A stretch of 63,665 nucleotides of DNA, counting the filler, from Klebsormidium nitens (taxonomy: Eukaryota; Plantae; Klebsormidiophyceae), in the NCBI GenBank assembly GCA_000708835.1. It is 5 parts of 5 records of this genome, joined end to end, with 100 filler letters (N's around TTAATTAATTAA, not from the genome) between each part and the next. Parts side by side here need not be neighbours in the genome. Positions count along the whole stretch, not along the records: positions 1 to 23,699 come from DF237879.1; 4 more parts are not named here. One strand, given 5' to 3'. Position 1 is the first letter of the stretch. Every line of letters starts with the position of its first letter. The notes under the pieces were generated by a model. The model worked only from the letters and a program-made list of their open reading frames with translations, did no database searches and had not been told where the DNA came from. Both the position numbers and the translations under genes were made by a program. Positions 10,086 to 22,900 of this stretch are shown here, piece after piece.

Positions 10086-12764
10086 TTGCAAGGGAATCGA
10101 GCTGAGACGGAAGCGGAAGCGGAACACGAGAATGACCTCGAAGTACCCTGTATCATACCGCCAGGTCTTGATGGCTTCCGCAGCGGAGCCGCGGAGACGA
10201 TTCAGATAAATCAGAACCGTCAAGGAGACCAGTCAGACGGCGAAGAAAACCTAAGAGATTCCGTACTAAAGACCGCCAAAATTCATGTTCCGGGGACGAC
10301 GAGGAGACGAGGCAGCCCCCGTTCGGAGCTGAGCCAGACGCGACCGCTGCCGGAAAAGCTGCATGTGAGCAACCCTCTGTACCCAACGCCCAAAACGTCG
10401 AAGAGTACGACTCCGATGTCAAACTGGAGTGGGACTCGACTTGGGGAACTGCTCAGCCAACCGCAGACGGAAAAGACGGAAACTTTCTTGCGGTCAGTCA
10501 AGAGGCCCATAGAACGCGTAGGTCAACTAAGCTTGGGACCCCGGCCAGTCGGACAATATCTTCCCACCCCACTTACATGCCTTCCTGAAAAAGCCCTTCT
10601 GAACGTTCTCAGCCGTTTAGATACGGACAGTGTGTGTAACTTCGTAAACGTCTGTCGGGCCCTCCACGTGATTGGACACCGTCTAAAATGTCTGCACTTT
10701 GCGGTGTATCTCGTGTGTCTGAAGACTTGCTAGTCAAGATGAAGCTACTCAACGAAACAACCGGCCTTCCGTTCAAACCCTTGGACCAATCTTCCACACA
10801 TTCAGCAGCCATCCAGCTTACACTGGCCATGCATTTGCATGGGAGACTGCCAGCTGGAAGTGACTTACGGCAGCAGTTGCATAAACAGCTAAGGAAAATA
10901 ATCCTAGACGGTCCTCTTTTTGAACAAGCAAGTCTTTCCGTCGGAAAAGTCTTTCCAGCTGATGAATCCAGAGTGGATGGATTACCTGGAGTGGTTTCGG
11001 TCATTCGGAAGCGAGGGAGAACCGAAAGTCGACTTGATCGCAGACCTGGAGTACCGGAACCTCGATCCCGTGCTTGAGCGAGGGCTGTGTCTCGAAAATC
11101 CATACAGTATTAGCTACCACTTTCGACAGTTTTTCCCCAAGTCTCAAGGGGGATTGAACATTCTGTATGACAATTCACAAAAGCCTGTCTCGTCCTCAAA
11201 ATTGCCGCTACAGATCCGACGACATGCGGAAGAGTTAGCGCGGGCTGAACTTTCGCCGGAGCGAGCTAATGTCCCTTTGATGCGGCAACATGTAATTCTG
11301 CATGATGTTCTGCCCTCCGAACTGCGATCTTTACCAGGGGTTTCTATCGTTACAAGTGGGGCCGAGTCCACCCTGACACGCACGGAAACGTCACCGGAGC
11401 GAGACATGCCACGAGACAGCCCGGGAAGTCAGCATGTCTTCGTAACTTCGCCAGCGAACCCGTCCCCAAAAGCCCACACGGAGTCATCAATAGCCCCTCC
11501 GTCGAGTGCCCCGATGGAAGTCGAAGCTGAAGACCGGGAGAAAGCCGCTATCCGGGAACGTCTGAGAGCGTCGAGAGAGCGGGAAGTTGTAGCAAAACCA
11601 GAAAGACAGTCGGGCTTTCAGGGTGCAAAAGTCACGGGTCAGGTGGAGATGTCTCGCGCTGAGGAAAACGTCTACGAACGGTTAACGAGGTACTTCCGCT
11701 ACCAGGCAGTGCTCAGCTTAGCCTTCAACATAGCCAAAAGACGTCACAATCTGTTGAAGAGAAATCCTGACGCCATAGACGGATATGCGCAGAAGATGAA
11801 GGAGCTGGTCGATGGGATTTTGCACTTCCCCCTCCTCTGGAAAGGCAGTCGCGAAAACCGAATGGTGAAGTACGCGGCCAACTTGTACGAACTTTACTTC
11901 GAGGAGTGCGATTTTGACCGTCAGTCCCTAAAGTCATTCATGGAGGCGGACTGGAAAGCATCCGGCCAAACCGTAGAGAGCCCTCAAGCCTAGATGGAAA
12001 GAACGGAACCAGACTTCGCAGACCTCGCGCGGCGCCAGTTAGCCGCTTATTGGAACCGAGCAGAAGGCCTTCTTTCGCATAGGGTGGACCTGCCCCTTTT
12101 CATGACGTGCTCGGAACCTGCCCAAACAGCCGAAAACAGAAACAACGCCCCCAGTTCTCGTAACTTTTCCCCGGAATCAGTCACCCGCGAAAGTCCACCA
12201 AGAAGCCGACCTTCGAATGTGTGGAAACCCCCGGTAACGCCCCCAGTGAACCGAGACGAAATGAGGTTTAGAAAGCCAAGCGAAAAGCGGACGTCACTCT
12301 TTCCGATTCCCCCGGAAGAGAGGCATGAAAGCCGGAAACCGTTCAGCCCTGTTTACGGACAGTCTTCCCAACTTCTGGACGAGCCCCCGTACCCAGGCAA
12401 GACCCTTTCGTCTTCTTCGCTCTTTTCCCAAAACTACACGTCTATTCCCAATGTCATGGCAGAGGCGTATCGGTCCTTAGATTTCCAAAACGTAGCGCGC
12501 CCGAACGAGTCGACCACTTTTGCGCCGGCAAGTCCCCTTCCAACCAAGGTGATCAACTGGAGGCACGAAGTGCACCGGTTTGATTACGCGCACCGGCAAG
12601 TCGTCATAACCAAGGAGGACAATCGGCATCCCCAGGGGCTGCTGACGTCAAAGACGGAATACATGGACCTCTTGGAATACCAAAGAAGCGGTAGGAGTGA
12701 GAACGAACACACAAAAGTCAGCATCAGCCAACCACCTCCCCATTACAGCCTAGATAGATTCTAG
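10086..12764 (+). pseudogene. Sense accessory ORF(s) after integrase, containing an F-box-like motif
   Basis: Overlapping ORFs 10086-10733, 10688-11077, 10920-11993 and 11994-12764; LTCLPEKALLNVLSRLDTDSVCNFVNVCRALH at about 10572-10670. Confidence 0.7.
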
Positions 12765-12794
12765 CTTTAGGTTGCAAGGACGCAACCTTTCTGT

Positions 12795-12823
12795 GGAGGG
12801 GAGAAGGCAACAGCTGTTGCCTT
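12795..12823 (+). promoter_or_regulatory. Polypurine tract followed by a perfect 20-bp palindrome spanning the 3' LTR start
   Basis: GGAGGGGAG (12795-12803), then AAGGCAACA-GC-TGTTGCCTT (12804-12823). Confidence 0.9.
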
Positions 12824-13816
12824 AAAGTCTGAAAGGTCTCAAAAAGTGAATTGGTCTCGTGGCTCGTGTCAAAAGTCTCTTACAAGTCAAAATGGGCTGA
12901 GAACCAGGCTGTATAGCCTGCGCAGTGTAGGCCCCGGCAGTATTGCCTAGCAAGGAGTTCCGTTCCGTTCTGTTCCGTTCCGTTTGGTCCGTTTTGCTTC
13001 GGTGTACAGCCTGGCGGTTTGTCTATGGGAGTTCAAGTCGGACGTAGTCCGAGCTGGAGTGGTCGAAGGAAAGGGAAGCAAGTGGCGCGTCCAAGACCAA
13101 GTGCGCAAGTCGAAGTGTCTAAGATCGGAGTTGCGCACGTGTAGGAGAAGACACGTGGCAGGTTGTAGATAGAGGCGGAGATTGGGGCAGTGACGTCGAG
13201 TAGAATGAAGGAAGGCGAAGGCAGAAAGGAGCGTTTCGTCTGGTAGTGCATCGTCTGGTAGTGCATGTAAGAAAGTCCTGGGCCGTAAGACAAGTCAGAA
13301 GGGGATAGGATCAAAACCAAGCGCATCATAAAGACGTGTAATCAGCTTCGATGCGAAAGTAGGTCCTAGGAGGAGACTTGAGAAGTGTGCAGAAGAAACT
13401 CAAGAAGATTGTGACTCGTAGGCTCAGGAAAGAAGATAGGGAACAACACAATTCGGGAGGGAAGGAAGAAGCACCACGTTTAGGAGCGCCTCAACTCGTT
13501 TTCTCTACACGTCTCAAGCTGCTCTCGTTCGTGTCTCGATTTTGTGCATCATCCAACGCGACAGGCTGCTTGGCGCCTGGCGCGCGCACGTGCTACGTGA
13601 CTCATACTCATACAAGTCGAGGGGGAAGCACAGTACCCCTTGCACTCTCGCAAATCAGCATACAAAGGCGCGAAGTTCAGTAGCGCCTTCTCTGCATACG
13701 TTCGTTTTGGCATAGCACTCATTCTGTGGTGAGCCTGAAGGTGGCGCAAAGACTAGACTACATCAACGGAACCCCCCCTCTCAGTTTTTGAGAGACCGCG
13801 CAATCTTAAGGCAACA
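12815..13816 (+). repeat. 3' LTR
   Basis: TG...CA ends with an 11-bp terminal inverted repeat; near-identical to the 5' LTR apart from substitutions and small indels, e.g. a 15-bp duplication near 13238-13267. Confidence 0.93.
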
Positions 13817-14017
13817 TAGTATCCTTAATTTAATTAAGACTCTACTAAGTAGCGAAGCCTCTATTCGAAGATTCCGAGGAACCTTTTGTTTACGTGAACT
13901 CGGTGAGTTCGTTCGCCCGCATAATCCGGGAAGAGTTGGGATGCGACCAGCCGCGGTTCCGCGCAGTCCATTCCGGTCGGGCCGGTACCAGTCCGGCTGG
14001 TATGTGGTCCGGCGACG

Positions 14018-14170
14018 GACTTAGACAATGTGCGCGAGCCGCCAGCGATCTAGGGCCGACAAGTCTTAAGCTGATAGACTTAGACTATGTGCGCGAGCCG
14101 CTAGCGATCTAGGGCCGACAAGTCTCAAGTCTAGTAGAGTACCTTCAAGCGATCTAGGGCCGACAAGTCT
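14018..14170. repeat. Tandem repeat (about 59-bp unit, 2.5 copies) in the chromovirus LTR
   Basis: GCGATCTAGGGCCGACAAGTCT occurs three times; GACTTAGAC(A/T)ATGTGCGCGAGCCG occurs twice. Confidence 0.9.
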
Positions 14171-14289
14171 GAAAGTCTAAGTCGCCCTATCGCATAAGGT
14201 TCGGCTGGTTCAACGAATTGAACCTAGCACACGATTTTGGTAGTAAGGGGGAGAGTCGGGATAGAAGCCAAAAGAGTGCAACCGTTACA

Positions 14290-17200
14290 CACCTCCCTCC
14301 TTTAATCAACGTCCTCGTTGGTGGAAGCAGAAGCAAAAGCTAAAGCAACCCTATCGGCGTTGACGTTTTGGGTTCTTTAAAGACCTACGGAAGTAGAACC
14401 CGACGCGGGACGTTTGCGTGTAACCCGCGCTATGCCGCCTATCTTTGCCGCACCCCGACCCAGGGGAGGGTCGTTAGGCGAAGAAACGGAACGGGCACGC
14501 GGCCAATACTCTTTAAGAGAAATTTTGACATCAGTGAGATTTGCGACTGGCTCCCACGAATTATGCTCTCGTCCATAATTCTTCCAGGCGATCCGGGTAC
14601 CATGCAAAACGACGTTTGCCCTTACGAGTGTACCTATGATCTAGGATCCTATCGACTTTATATTCCAAGGCACCTTCAATTTCGGTTGGAGGTTGCGGGG
14701 GCTGGTGTCGCCCGTCGGCTCGATAAGGCTCAATCAAAGAAACGTGAAACACCGGGTGAATCCAATAATGAGCGGGCAAATCGACTTTATAGGCTAAGTT
14801 GTTAATTCGCTGGACAACTTTAAACGGGGCCTACGAAACGAGGTAAGAGCTTAATAGAGCCGGTGAAGCGAATATGAAGATTCCTGGAGCTTAACAGCAC
14901 CAAATCGCCTACCTCATACAAGACTTCACGGCGCTTTTGGTCGGCAAACGTCTTCTGCAGCGCCTGCGCTTGGGCCAAGGACGCTTTAGCCTTGGAAAGG
15001 CCCAACGAGATGCGCTCTGCAAAAGAGGTGGCTCCGGGGATCAAAGATACCGGAATGCGCCCAACGGGTGCCTTGGGCTGACGACAAAAAGTAAGTTCGA
15101 AAGGGGAGGCTTTAACCGACTCTTGCCAAGCAGAATTATAAGCAGATTTAGCCATAGGCAAAAGAGTGTCCCAATCAAACTAGTCGGCACAAACAAAGTG
15201 ACGAAGAAACGTTTCCATAGTCCGATTAAGCCTCGTCGTTAACCCATCCGTTTGAGCATGATAGGAACAACTAAGAGCAAGTCGAGTACCAATCAACCTG
15301 GTAAGTTCTGTCCAAAACTTCCTAGTAAAACGAGGATTGCGATCGCTAATGAACTTATCAGATAAGCCGTGATGCTTAAAGACATTGTTCAAATAGAGAT
15401 GAGCGAACCCTATTGCGTCGACTGTCTTGGTGGTCGGGACAAAATGGCCTAGCTTTGTTAAACGATCAACAAAGACCGCCAAAGAGTCAAACCCACGCTC
15501 AGTCGTCGGCAAATCGGTTACAAGATCAAAAGAAACACGCTCAAATGGGTCGTTAGGTGTCTGGTTGATTGTAACAAACCGGCAGCGTTTCGTTGCCGAG
15601 GCTTATTGCGCTGACAAATAGTACAAGTAAGCACAAAACGACGGACGTCCCCTGTCCGACCGTCCCAACGAGAGAGTTTTTCGACTGCCTTTTGGGTCTT
15701 ACTTATACTATACCGGTGTGGCCGCCATAATGCGTATCATGATATTCAATCACGATCGTTCGCCGAATCTCGAAGGTGTCGGCGGTGGCAGGCACATAGA
15801 TGCGACCATCTTCTATAACTAGACTCCCTGAAGTGATACGCAGTCGTCGGCCCGCAACGTTGTTTACATCTCGCAGCGTTGCCGGGTCCTTGGTATACGA
15901 CGAAGCCAATGGCTTCCTGAAGAAGGAGAGGTAAGCCAAACTTACTTGGATGCGTACGCCTTGTGAAGACCTCGCTGGCAGCTTACACCGGATGGGGTTG
16001 GCCGACCGCCACGACCGGCGTGCTAAGCTCTTCATCCCGCAAATGTTTGAGGCAGGCAGCGTCACTCACGGGGAACTGGCTTAACGGGTCTGCAACGTTA
16101 GACCTACCAGACCTGTAGACCCATTCAAAGTCAAACCGTCGAAGAAACTCAGACCAACGAGCCATACGCCTGCTCAGATTTTGTTGCGTTTGGAGAAACG
16201 TATTTGGACAGTGATCAGTTATGACAGTAAAATGCGTACCTTCAAGGTAGCACCGCCAAACCGTCTTGAAACAATGAATCACAGCCAAGAGCTCCTGTTC
16301 ACCGGTTGAGTAATTATGCTCAGCCGGAGAAAGCTTTCGGGACTCAAAGGCAACAGGACGTACGATCTTCTTGTAACAGGACCCCGGCAACTCCTAAAAG
16401 CGACGCGTCGCTCACCACCGTACATGGTTTAAAGGAGTCCGGCGACACCAAAACGGGTGCTCGACAAAGGGCCTTAATACCAAGAAATGCCTCTTGTTCT
16501 CTGGTCGACCATTCAAAAGGCTTATTTGCTCGCGTCAACTCGGATAGCGGCGCAGCAAGAGTCGAGAAGCCTTGAATGAAACGTCCGAAGTAGTTAGCCA
16601 AATCAAGGAAGAATCTTACTTGGTGCACATCGTTCGGGATCGCCCAATCAGAGACCACTCTGACCTTGTTGGGGTCTGGTTTGATGCCGTCAACTCCGAC
16701 GATGTGGCCGAGGAACTTGGTCTCGCTCTGCACGAAAGAACTTTTGTCTTTACAAACATAGAACCTTTTGCGACGCAAGATTTCCAAGACCTTTCGCACA
16801 TGAGCCTCATGCTCTTCTTCGGACTTGGTGAAGATAAGAATATCATCAAGATAGACTACGACGAAGTTCCGAAGATAAGGCTCAAAGATGCTGTTCATGA
16901 CAGATTGGAAGGTAGCGGGAGCGTTAGTTAAACCAAAGGGAAGAAGTGTCCATTCGAAGCCTGTGTCCAAAAGGCGTTCTGAAAGCCGTTTTCGGAACGT
17001 CGGCTTCGGATATTCGAATTTGCCAATAGCCGGGGTCAGATCCAAGCTGGTAAAGAATTTACCACCCGAAACCGTATCCAACATGTCATCGATACAGGGA
17101 AGAGGATAACGATTCTTAACAGACATCTAATTCAACATTCTATAGTCCACGCACATTTCAGACCGCGGTCGTTAGGCTTAGGGACAAAGAGAGTCGGGGC

Positions 17201-17640
17201 GCCGTAAGGACTCGTGGAAGGCTGAACTTTTAGACCAGTTTCCAAAAGAAACATTATCTGCTTTTTCGCTTCTTTCAATTCCAAAGGTGACAAACGATAG
17301 AGAGTGCGAAACGAAGGTGTGTGGCCTGATTTGGAATCCATGCGAACGGTTCCGCTTGGGTGGCAATTCTGGAGGCAGAGGGTCCTGAAAAACATCCACG
17401 AAATCCTTCAACATTCTATCAATCAAGAGTCTGGAGGTCTCACCCGGTAGCGGTGGGTCCTTGAGTAAAGCCAAAAACATTGGCTTACCCTTGCGAATTT
17501 GTGTGACGATTGGGCGATGGTTAAGTCTAACCGCACAATCGCACGGCAGTTAAACCTTCGGGTTTGCCAGTTTGTCGACGTGTCGGCATGTGGCCAGTAT
17601 TGACGTGACATAATTAATTGTAATTATGCCACCGGCTAAG
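14290..17640 (-). mobile_element. Degenerate Ty3/Gypsy chromovirus (PR-RT-RH-INT-chromodomain); its 3' LTR starts at 14289 and is interrupted by the 1989-13816 element
   Basis: YLDDIL RT, SDAS RNase H, VFVDRLTK/SDRN/QTDG integrase, HPVFHVSL, chromodomain WKNYGREHNSWEP; minus-strand PPT AAAGGAGGGAGG shortly before TGTAACGG. Confidence 0.92.
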
Positions 17641-17771
17641 ATGTATGGTAGGGCAATCATAACGATCAGTTCTCTTCAGTGCTGTTCAGTTGTGATCAGT
17701 TCGTTAGTCACTGTCAGTCGTTGGCGTGTCGCACTGTGCTCTACTATGCGGTCGTAAGTAAGCTACCTCAA

Positions 17772-18388
17772 TNNNNNNNNNNNNNNNNNNNNNNNNNNNN
17801 NNNNNNNNNNNNNNNNNNNNNNNNNNNNNNNNNNNNNNNNNNNNNNNNNNNNNNNNNNNNNNNNNNNNNNNNNNNNNNNNNNNNNNNNNNNNNNNNNNNN
17901 NNNNNNNNNNNNNNNNNNNNNNNNNNNNNNNNNNNNNNNNNNNNNNNNNNNNNNNNNNNNNNNNNNNNNNNNNNNNNNNNNNNNNNNNNNNNNNNNNNNN
18001 NNNNNNNNNNNNNNNNNNNNNNNNNNNNNNNNNNNNNNNNNNNNNNNNNNNNNNNNNNNNNNNNNNNNNNNNNNNNNNNNNNNNNNNNNNNNNNNNNNNN
18101 NNNNNNNNNNNNNNNNNNNNNNNNNNNNNNNNNNNNNNNNNNNNNNNNNNNNNNNNNNNNNNNNNNNNNNNNNNNNNNNNNNNNNNNNNNNNNNNNNNNN
18201 NNNNNNNNNNNNNNNNNNNNNNNNNNNNNNNNNNNNNNNNNNNNNNNNNNNNNNNNNNNNNNNNNNNNNNNNNNNNNNNNNNNNNNNNNNNNNNNNNNNN
18301 NNNNNNNNNNNNNNNNNNNNNNNNNNNNNNNNNNNNNNNNNNNNNNNNNNNNNNNNNNNNNNNNNNNNNNNNNNNNNNNNNNNNNNNA
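17772..18388. other. Assembly gap; further gaps near 23700, 25503, 37208, 38587, 44813 and 58926, several with artificial TTAATTAATTAA linkers
   Basis: N runs and a six-frame-stop linker. Confidence 0.95.
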
Positions 18389-19924
18389 CTGAGAGGCGCT
18401 TTCGCGTGTCTTCCTTGTCTGTTGGCTGTAAAGCTTGCCCATGGTTTCCGCACATGTGTAAGCAGACTGACAGCCGTAAGTGTATTCAGTCCAACGGCGT
18501 GCTAACTAGCCCCGCCGTCACACCCTCCATGATTCAAGTCTTCACTGAATGCGACTGAGGAACGAGACTTGGGAGTCAACTTGCGGGGATCCTTCAAGTG
18601 AAGTCCCAACCAGCAGGCAGAACTGTCTTGAGCTGAAAGACAACATTTTTACAGAGCAAGCGCCTTCGTCCGAGAATGCCTGCATCCATGGTTTCCGCAC
18701 ATGGCTGCCGTTAGTGTTTCGTCGTTATTCTGCCAGCACTTCGCTTAAGCTGGCCAACCGTCACATTGGACAGCAAGCATTTCATTGAAGTGCTCTGGAG
18801 GCAATATGGTTACCGCGCCGATGAGAATGAGCGCGGTAATGGCTAGCGCCCGGCTGTTCTTTACTGGGAGAGGGCCTTTCGACCTGGTTAATTCGATTCT
18901 CTGCAAGAGTTCGGGTCCAGGGGGGCTGACATGTGCCGCCCCCTGATTGGCAGGGATTCCCATGGACTTTCGTCCCGGCCAGCCAGCAACAGGCAGCCCC
19001 CCGGTTGAACCAGCTGGGGGGTAGGCGGTTGGCTCTACCGGCCAGTTCAGCCCACTACGAACCTGTGGAATTGGGTCGATTTTACCAGCTACCGAGCTGG
19101 CAGGGTGCCTTCGGCACCAGCCAGGGTCCCTTCCCGGCCAGCCAGGTCCGCCCCAGGCTGCCAGTTGTGGGAATCCCTGCTGATTGGCCGAACTTCATTT
19201 GGTTTGCTGCCCTCAGCAGAGCTTGCAAGGAGCAAGAAGCAAGCAGCAAGGACTCGGAGTCGGAGCTGAGGCGCATTAAGAGGAGGGCGGAGGGCACTCT
19301 GCTCAATCATAACATCCGTAGGCAGGCAGGTGGTGCAAGTCCTCCCTAATACACCAGCAGGAGAAAGTTTGGCCTCTTCTCGTGTGAGGGATGATCGGAT
19401 GAAAACTATGCAAGTAATCTACTTACTTAAAGGACAAAGCCTGACTTGAGTAGTCCCTTCTCGCTGGTATGGGCTAAATTGGGGTTTCTTTTGATGTGCT
19501 ATGGCTACAGCAAGAGCAGCAACGTGGCAACGCTCTACCTCTGGGAGGCTTTGGCGGCCTGTAGCATCCTCAAGAACAACTTTGAGAGGGTTGGTGCCCT
19601 GTCCTATCAGCCTTTGCATCTGCGACCGTCCTCTTGGCCAGCAGCGCTTTTCTCAGAGCAGGAGGTGGGGGCCAGAGCAAAAGCCTGGGCAGGCTGCCAG
19701 GGGGGCTAGGGTGTCTACGCAATCGAAGGAGGTGGATGGTCCAGGGGAGCAGACTGGAAATGTAAGCAGAAAAAGCTGGATTTGTCCTCTCCGCTTCTGC
19801 AGATTGACCGTTCGGATGCAGCACCAGCTTCAAAAGGATCGCACCACTTTGTGACAGCGTTGTTAATTGCAGCAGTTCTTGTATTGGATTCGTAGCAAGG
19901 AATAGGTTTCTGCATCGTAAGCGC

Positions 19925-22900
19925 ATGTGCAAATGCTTAATGAGGAATGGAACTCAGATCCTTGGGTTCTTGATACACTCACTATCTTTGCAGGGTGGTG
20001 GCAACGGGGGTGGTGGTGGGGGGGGAAGAAAGGGCGTGACAGATGGAGGAGGGAACAACTGGTGGCGAAAGTGGCGAAAGTGGCCCGTTGCTGAAACCAT
20101 GTTGGTGGCAATTGTGACTTCTCTGCTGACGTACTTCTTCGCGCAGCAGCTGCAGAGCAGGGAGAAGACCTCTACAGACGTCAGTAAAAAAATCATGCAG
20201 CTTATCAGGAAGAGGCTCACGAAGAAGTACGATCCGGAGGAGTTAGCAAAGCTAGAAGAAGGTAAGAAAGCCACCCCTGTAGTTGTTTATGCCAGCAAGA
20301 GAACCCTTCAAGTTTGGCTACTTTTAAGTTGTGGCTACAAAATTGCAGGCTTCATCTGCTCATGGTTTAGAACACTTTCAAACACAATTACTGGCAGAGC
20401 TCAAAGACGCTGTCATAACACTATCGTGTACTGCGCATGTTCTGAAGATGGGGCAGCTAGGGAGCCTACTTGAGTTCATACTTGCTCATCGCACACTTCA
20501 ACTGCCTCTCAAAGTCTGGTTCTCAAATGACGCCTTTGTTCTGCAGAGCTCGGGGTGCCACTTTTGCCAAGGGACGAAGTGACGCTCGTGCTGGAGTCAA
20601 CTGGTGACTCGTGCCTCCTGCTGGGGCCGTCACGCTGCGGGAAGACAACCTCCGTCAAGCTGTGGGGCCGTGGCAAGCGCCCCTTCCTCTACTGCTCGAT
20701 CCGCGGCTACCCGGATTCATGGCTCGCCGAAGCCCTAGGTACGTTGAGAGGCGCTCTCAGACAACGGTTTTAAAGCAAAGAGTTTGTCTGTTGCTGACCC
20801 CTGTCGTTACGGTTGAGCTCCTGTCTCTTGCACAACTTAGGATGTAAAGCGATTGGTTGAAGATCTATCTGGTGGCTAAGTTTGTCACACCAACTGATAC
20901 TAGATCTGATTCCTGGGATTTCACAATGAATCCTCAGTGCTGTATCATATGTTTTAGAGAGGAATTGCTCAATTGCTTGTGATTCTCTTTCCAGCAGTTC
21001 AAGATGCTAAGCATTTTGATAAGATTTGCACTCTTGTATAGCAAACAACCACTTGAAGAGCGCGTTTGAAAGGCTGCAAGTGCAGTCAACATTGAGGTGG
21101 CCAAGACTGGAAACCTACTTCTCCATATTGCAGATTCTGGAAGGGTTCCTTTTACTAGCACACCATTGCAAATCTAGCAAGCTCTTCAAGAAGACTCTCA
21201 ATGCCTTGAGACGCTGCAATAAAGCTGATAAGCAAAAGCTGCTCCAGCTGTCATGCCACAATGACTTTTATACTAGGGCATGTCGTTTGTCCTCAACTGA
21301 ACCTTTGATGTGCTTGTTACAGGGATCCCGGGCGAGTATGCCAAGCTCATCCCGGACAGTGAGCTGCGGACGCTCTTTCTGTCCGCCATCAAAGGGACCG
21401 AGGGCAAGCCTGTGGTCGTCATGGACGACGTGCAGTGCCTGCCAACCGAGGCGGGGCAGAAGCTGACAGCGGACAGCAAGAAGCTTCTTGCCTCGTTCAT
21501 CACGGCGGCGGCGGAAAAGCGGATCAAGCTAGTCTTCCTGGCTTCGGAGGCCTGGGTGGCTGCTGAGCTGAGCACTGGTGCGTTATTCTGATCCTCAGCT
21601 TATGTTGACTAGAAGAAATTGCTGACTGCCTCCTACACACAGTGATTTTGAATGAGCAGGTTGCAGTAGAGTGTGCTTCCAAAACCGATTTCTGTACGCT
21701 TAACACAAAAGCTATCTCGTCTTGTTCTTTAGGGCTCAGTCTACCCTTGATTGATTTGCCGGAAGGGTTGCTTGACTTGGATCCCGCGTGAAAGGTAGTG
21801 TCGCTTCCTGACACAGCTTTGCGGCTCTATTTCAACAGGTCTTTCCAAACTTGAAGGTTTTTGTTACCTTTTCAAACGTCTTGACAACCAGCTCGGATGC
21901 ACTTGCCAGCACGCTCCGTTCTACTTTCAACATGAGGGCCAACAAGTTGAATGATTTCACAATGTTTCAGGCAAGGCATAAGGACGGCTTTTCTCCCGGA
22001 GGTAGTGTCTTTGATACATTTGCTGTGCATCTGACGCGCTTCCTCCGTTCCTCTTCCCAGTATCGGGTGCCAATGCGCGCGTAGAGCGCGTTATGGTTCA
22101 GCAACCACCCATGGCGGTCCTCGGGGAGTACCTGAACCGACTGCTGCCGCAAGTTCTGACGCCTGAGCAGCATGGTTTGATCATCCAGACCTCCGAGAGG
22201 AACGTCGGCGACCTGGTGAAGGTCGTGCAGACGCTGAGCTCCATGCGAGCAGCGGGCAGGGAGCTGACGATGGACAACGTTAAACGTGAGCGTTGGGTCC
22301 CTTCTTCCATGTTTCTTCCATGTCTCTTTCATGTCCCTTCTTCCATATCCAGCCGGTTCATACAGTCGTGATTCAGGTTTGGAAAGGGAGATTGTCTATC
22401 GATTAGGGCAGTCATGACATGGTAGACGGGTTTTGTTGGACTTCAACTTGTCTTTGATCACTCAGGAGTGATCAGCGAATGGTGCTTCCTGTCCTCAGAA
22501 AGCAGTTCTCATTGAAGAGATGTGGTAGTACACCTCTTCTTCTTCTCCGTGACCTCTTAACCGAATCACTGATCAAAGGTTTATTTGCAGTCGCATGCTA
22601 CCGCCTCTACGAGCCCGACATCCGGCGAATTGAAACATTCCTGGAGTCCGTCGCTGGCAAGCTTGCCGGCAAGGACGAGCGGGCGGGGGTAAAGATGGCT
22701 TTCAGCCTTTTCAAGGCTGCATTGGAGTCGGGAGACGGCAAAGTCCAACTCCGTACTCTCCAATCTAGACTAGGACAGAAGTTTGACAGTACTTTGGGCT
22801 CAAACGTCGCAAAGGCGCTGGTAGATTGGAACGTCTTTGCGAAAGGGGAGGGAGTCTGGGCCTGGCACCTGCATGCTCCTCGAATAAAACACGCTTTGGC

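Larger units (their letters stand above)
1989..13816 (+). mobile_element. Ty3/Gypsy LTR retrotransposon, full length but frameshifted, with atypical split termini and accessory ORFs
   Basis: Begins TGTTGCCTTAA (1989) and ends TTAAGGCAACA (13816). TAGT flanks both sides (1985-1988, 13817-13820). About 1-kb direct repeats. Domain order gag-PR-RT-RH-INT. Confidence 0.95.

Noticed and set aside
14018-14170. CRISPR-like repeat-spacer array
   Set aside because: The inter-repeat sequences are themselves duplicated, the context is a eukaryotic LTR, and there are no cas genes.
17679-18455. Long ORFs spanning N runs
   Set aside because: Artefacts of translating gaps.
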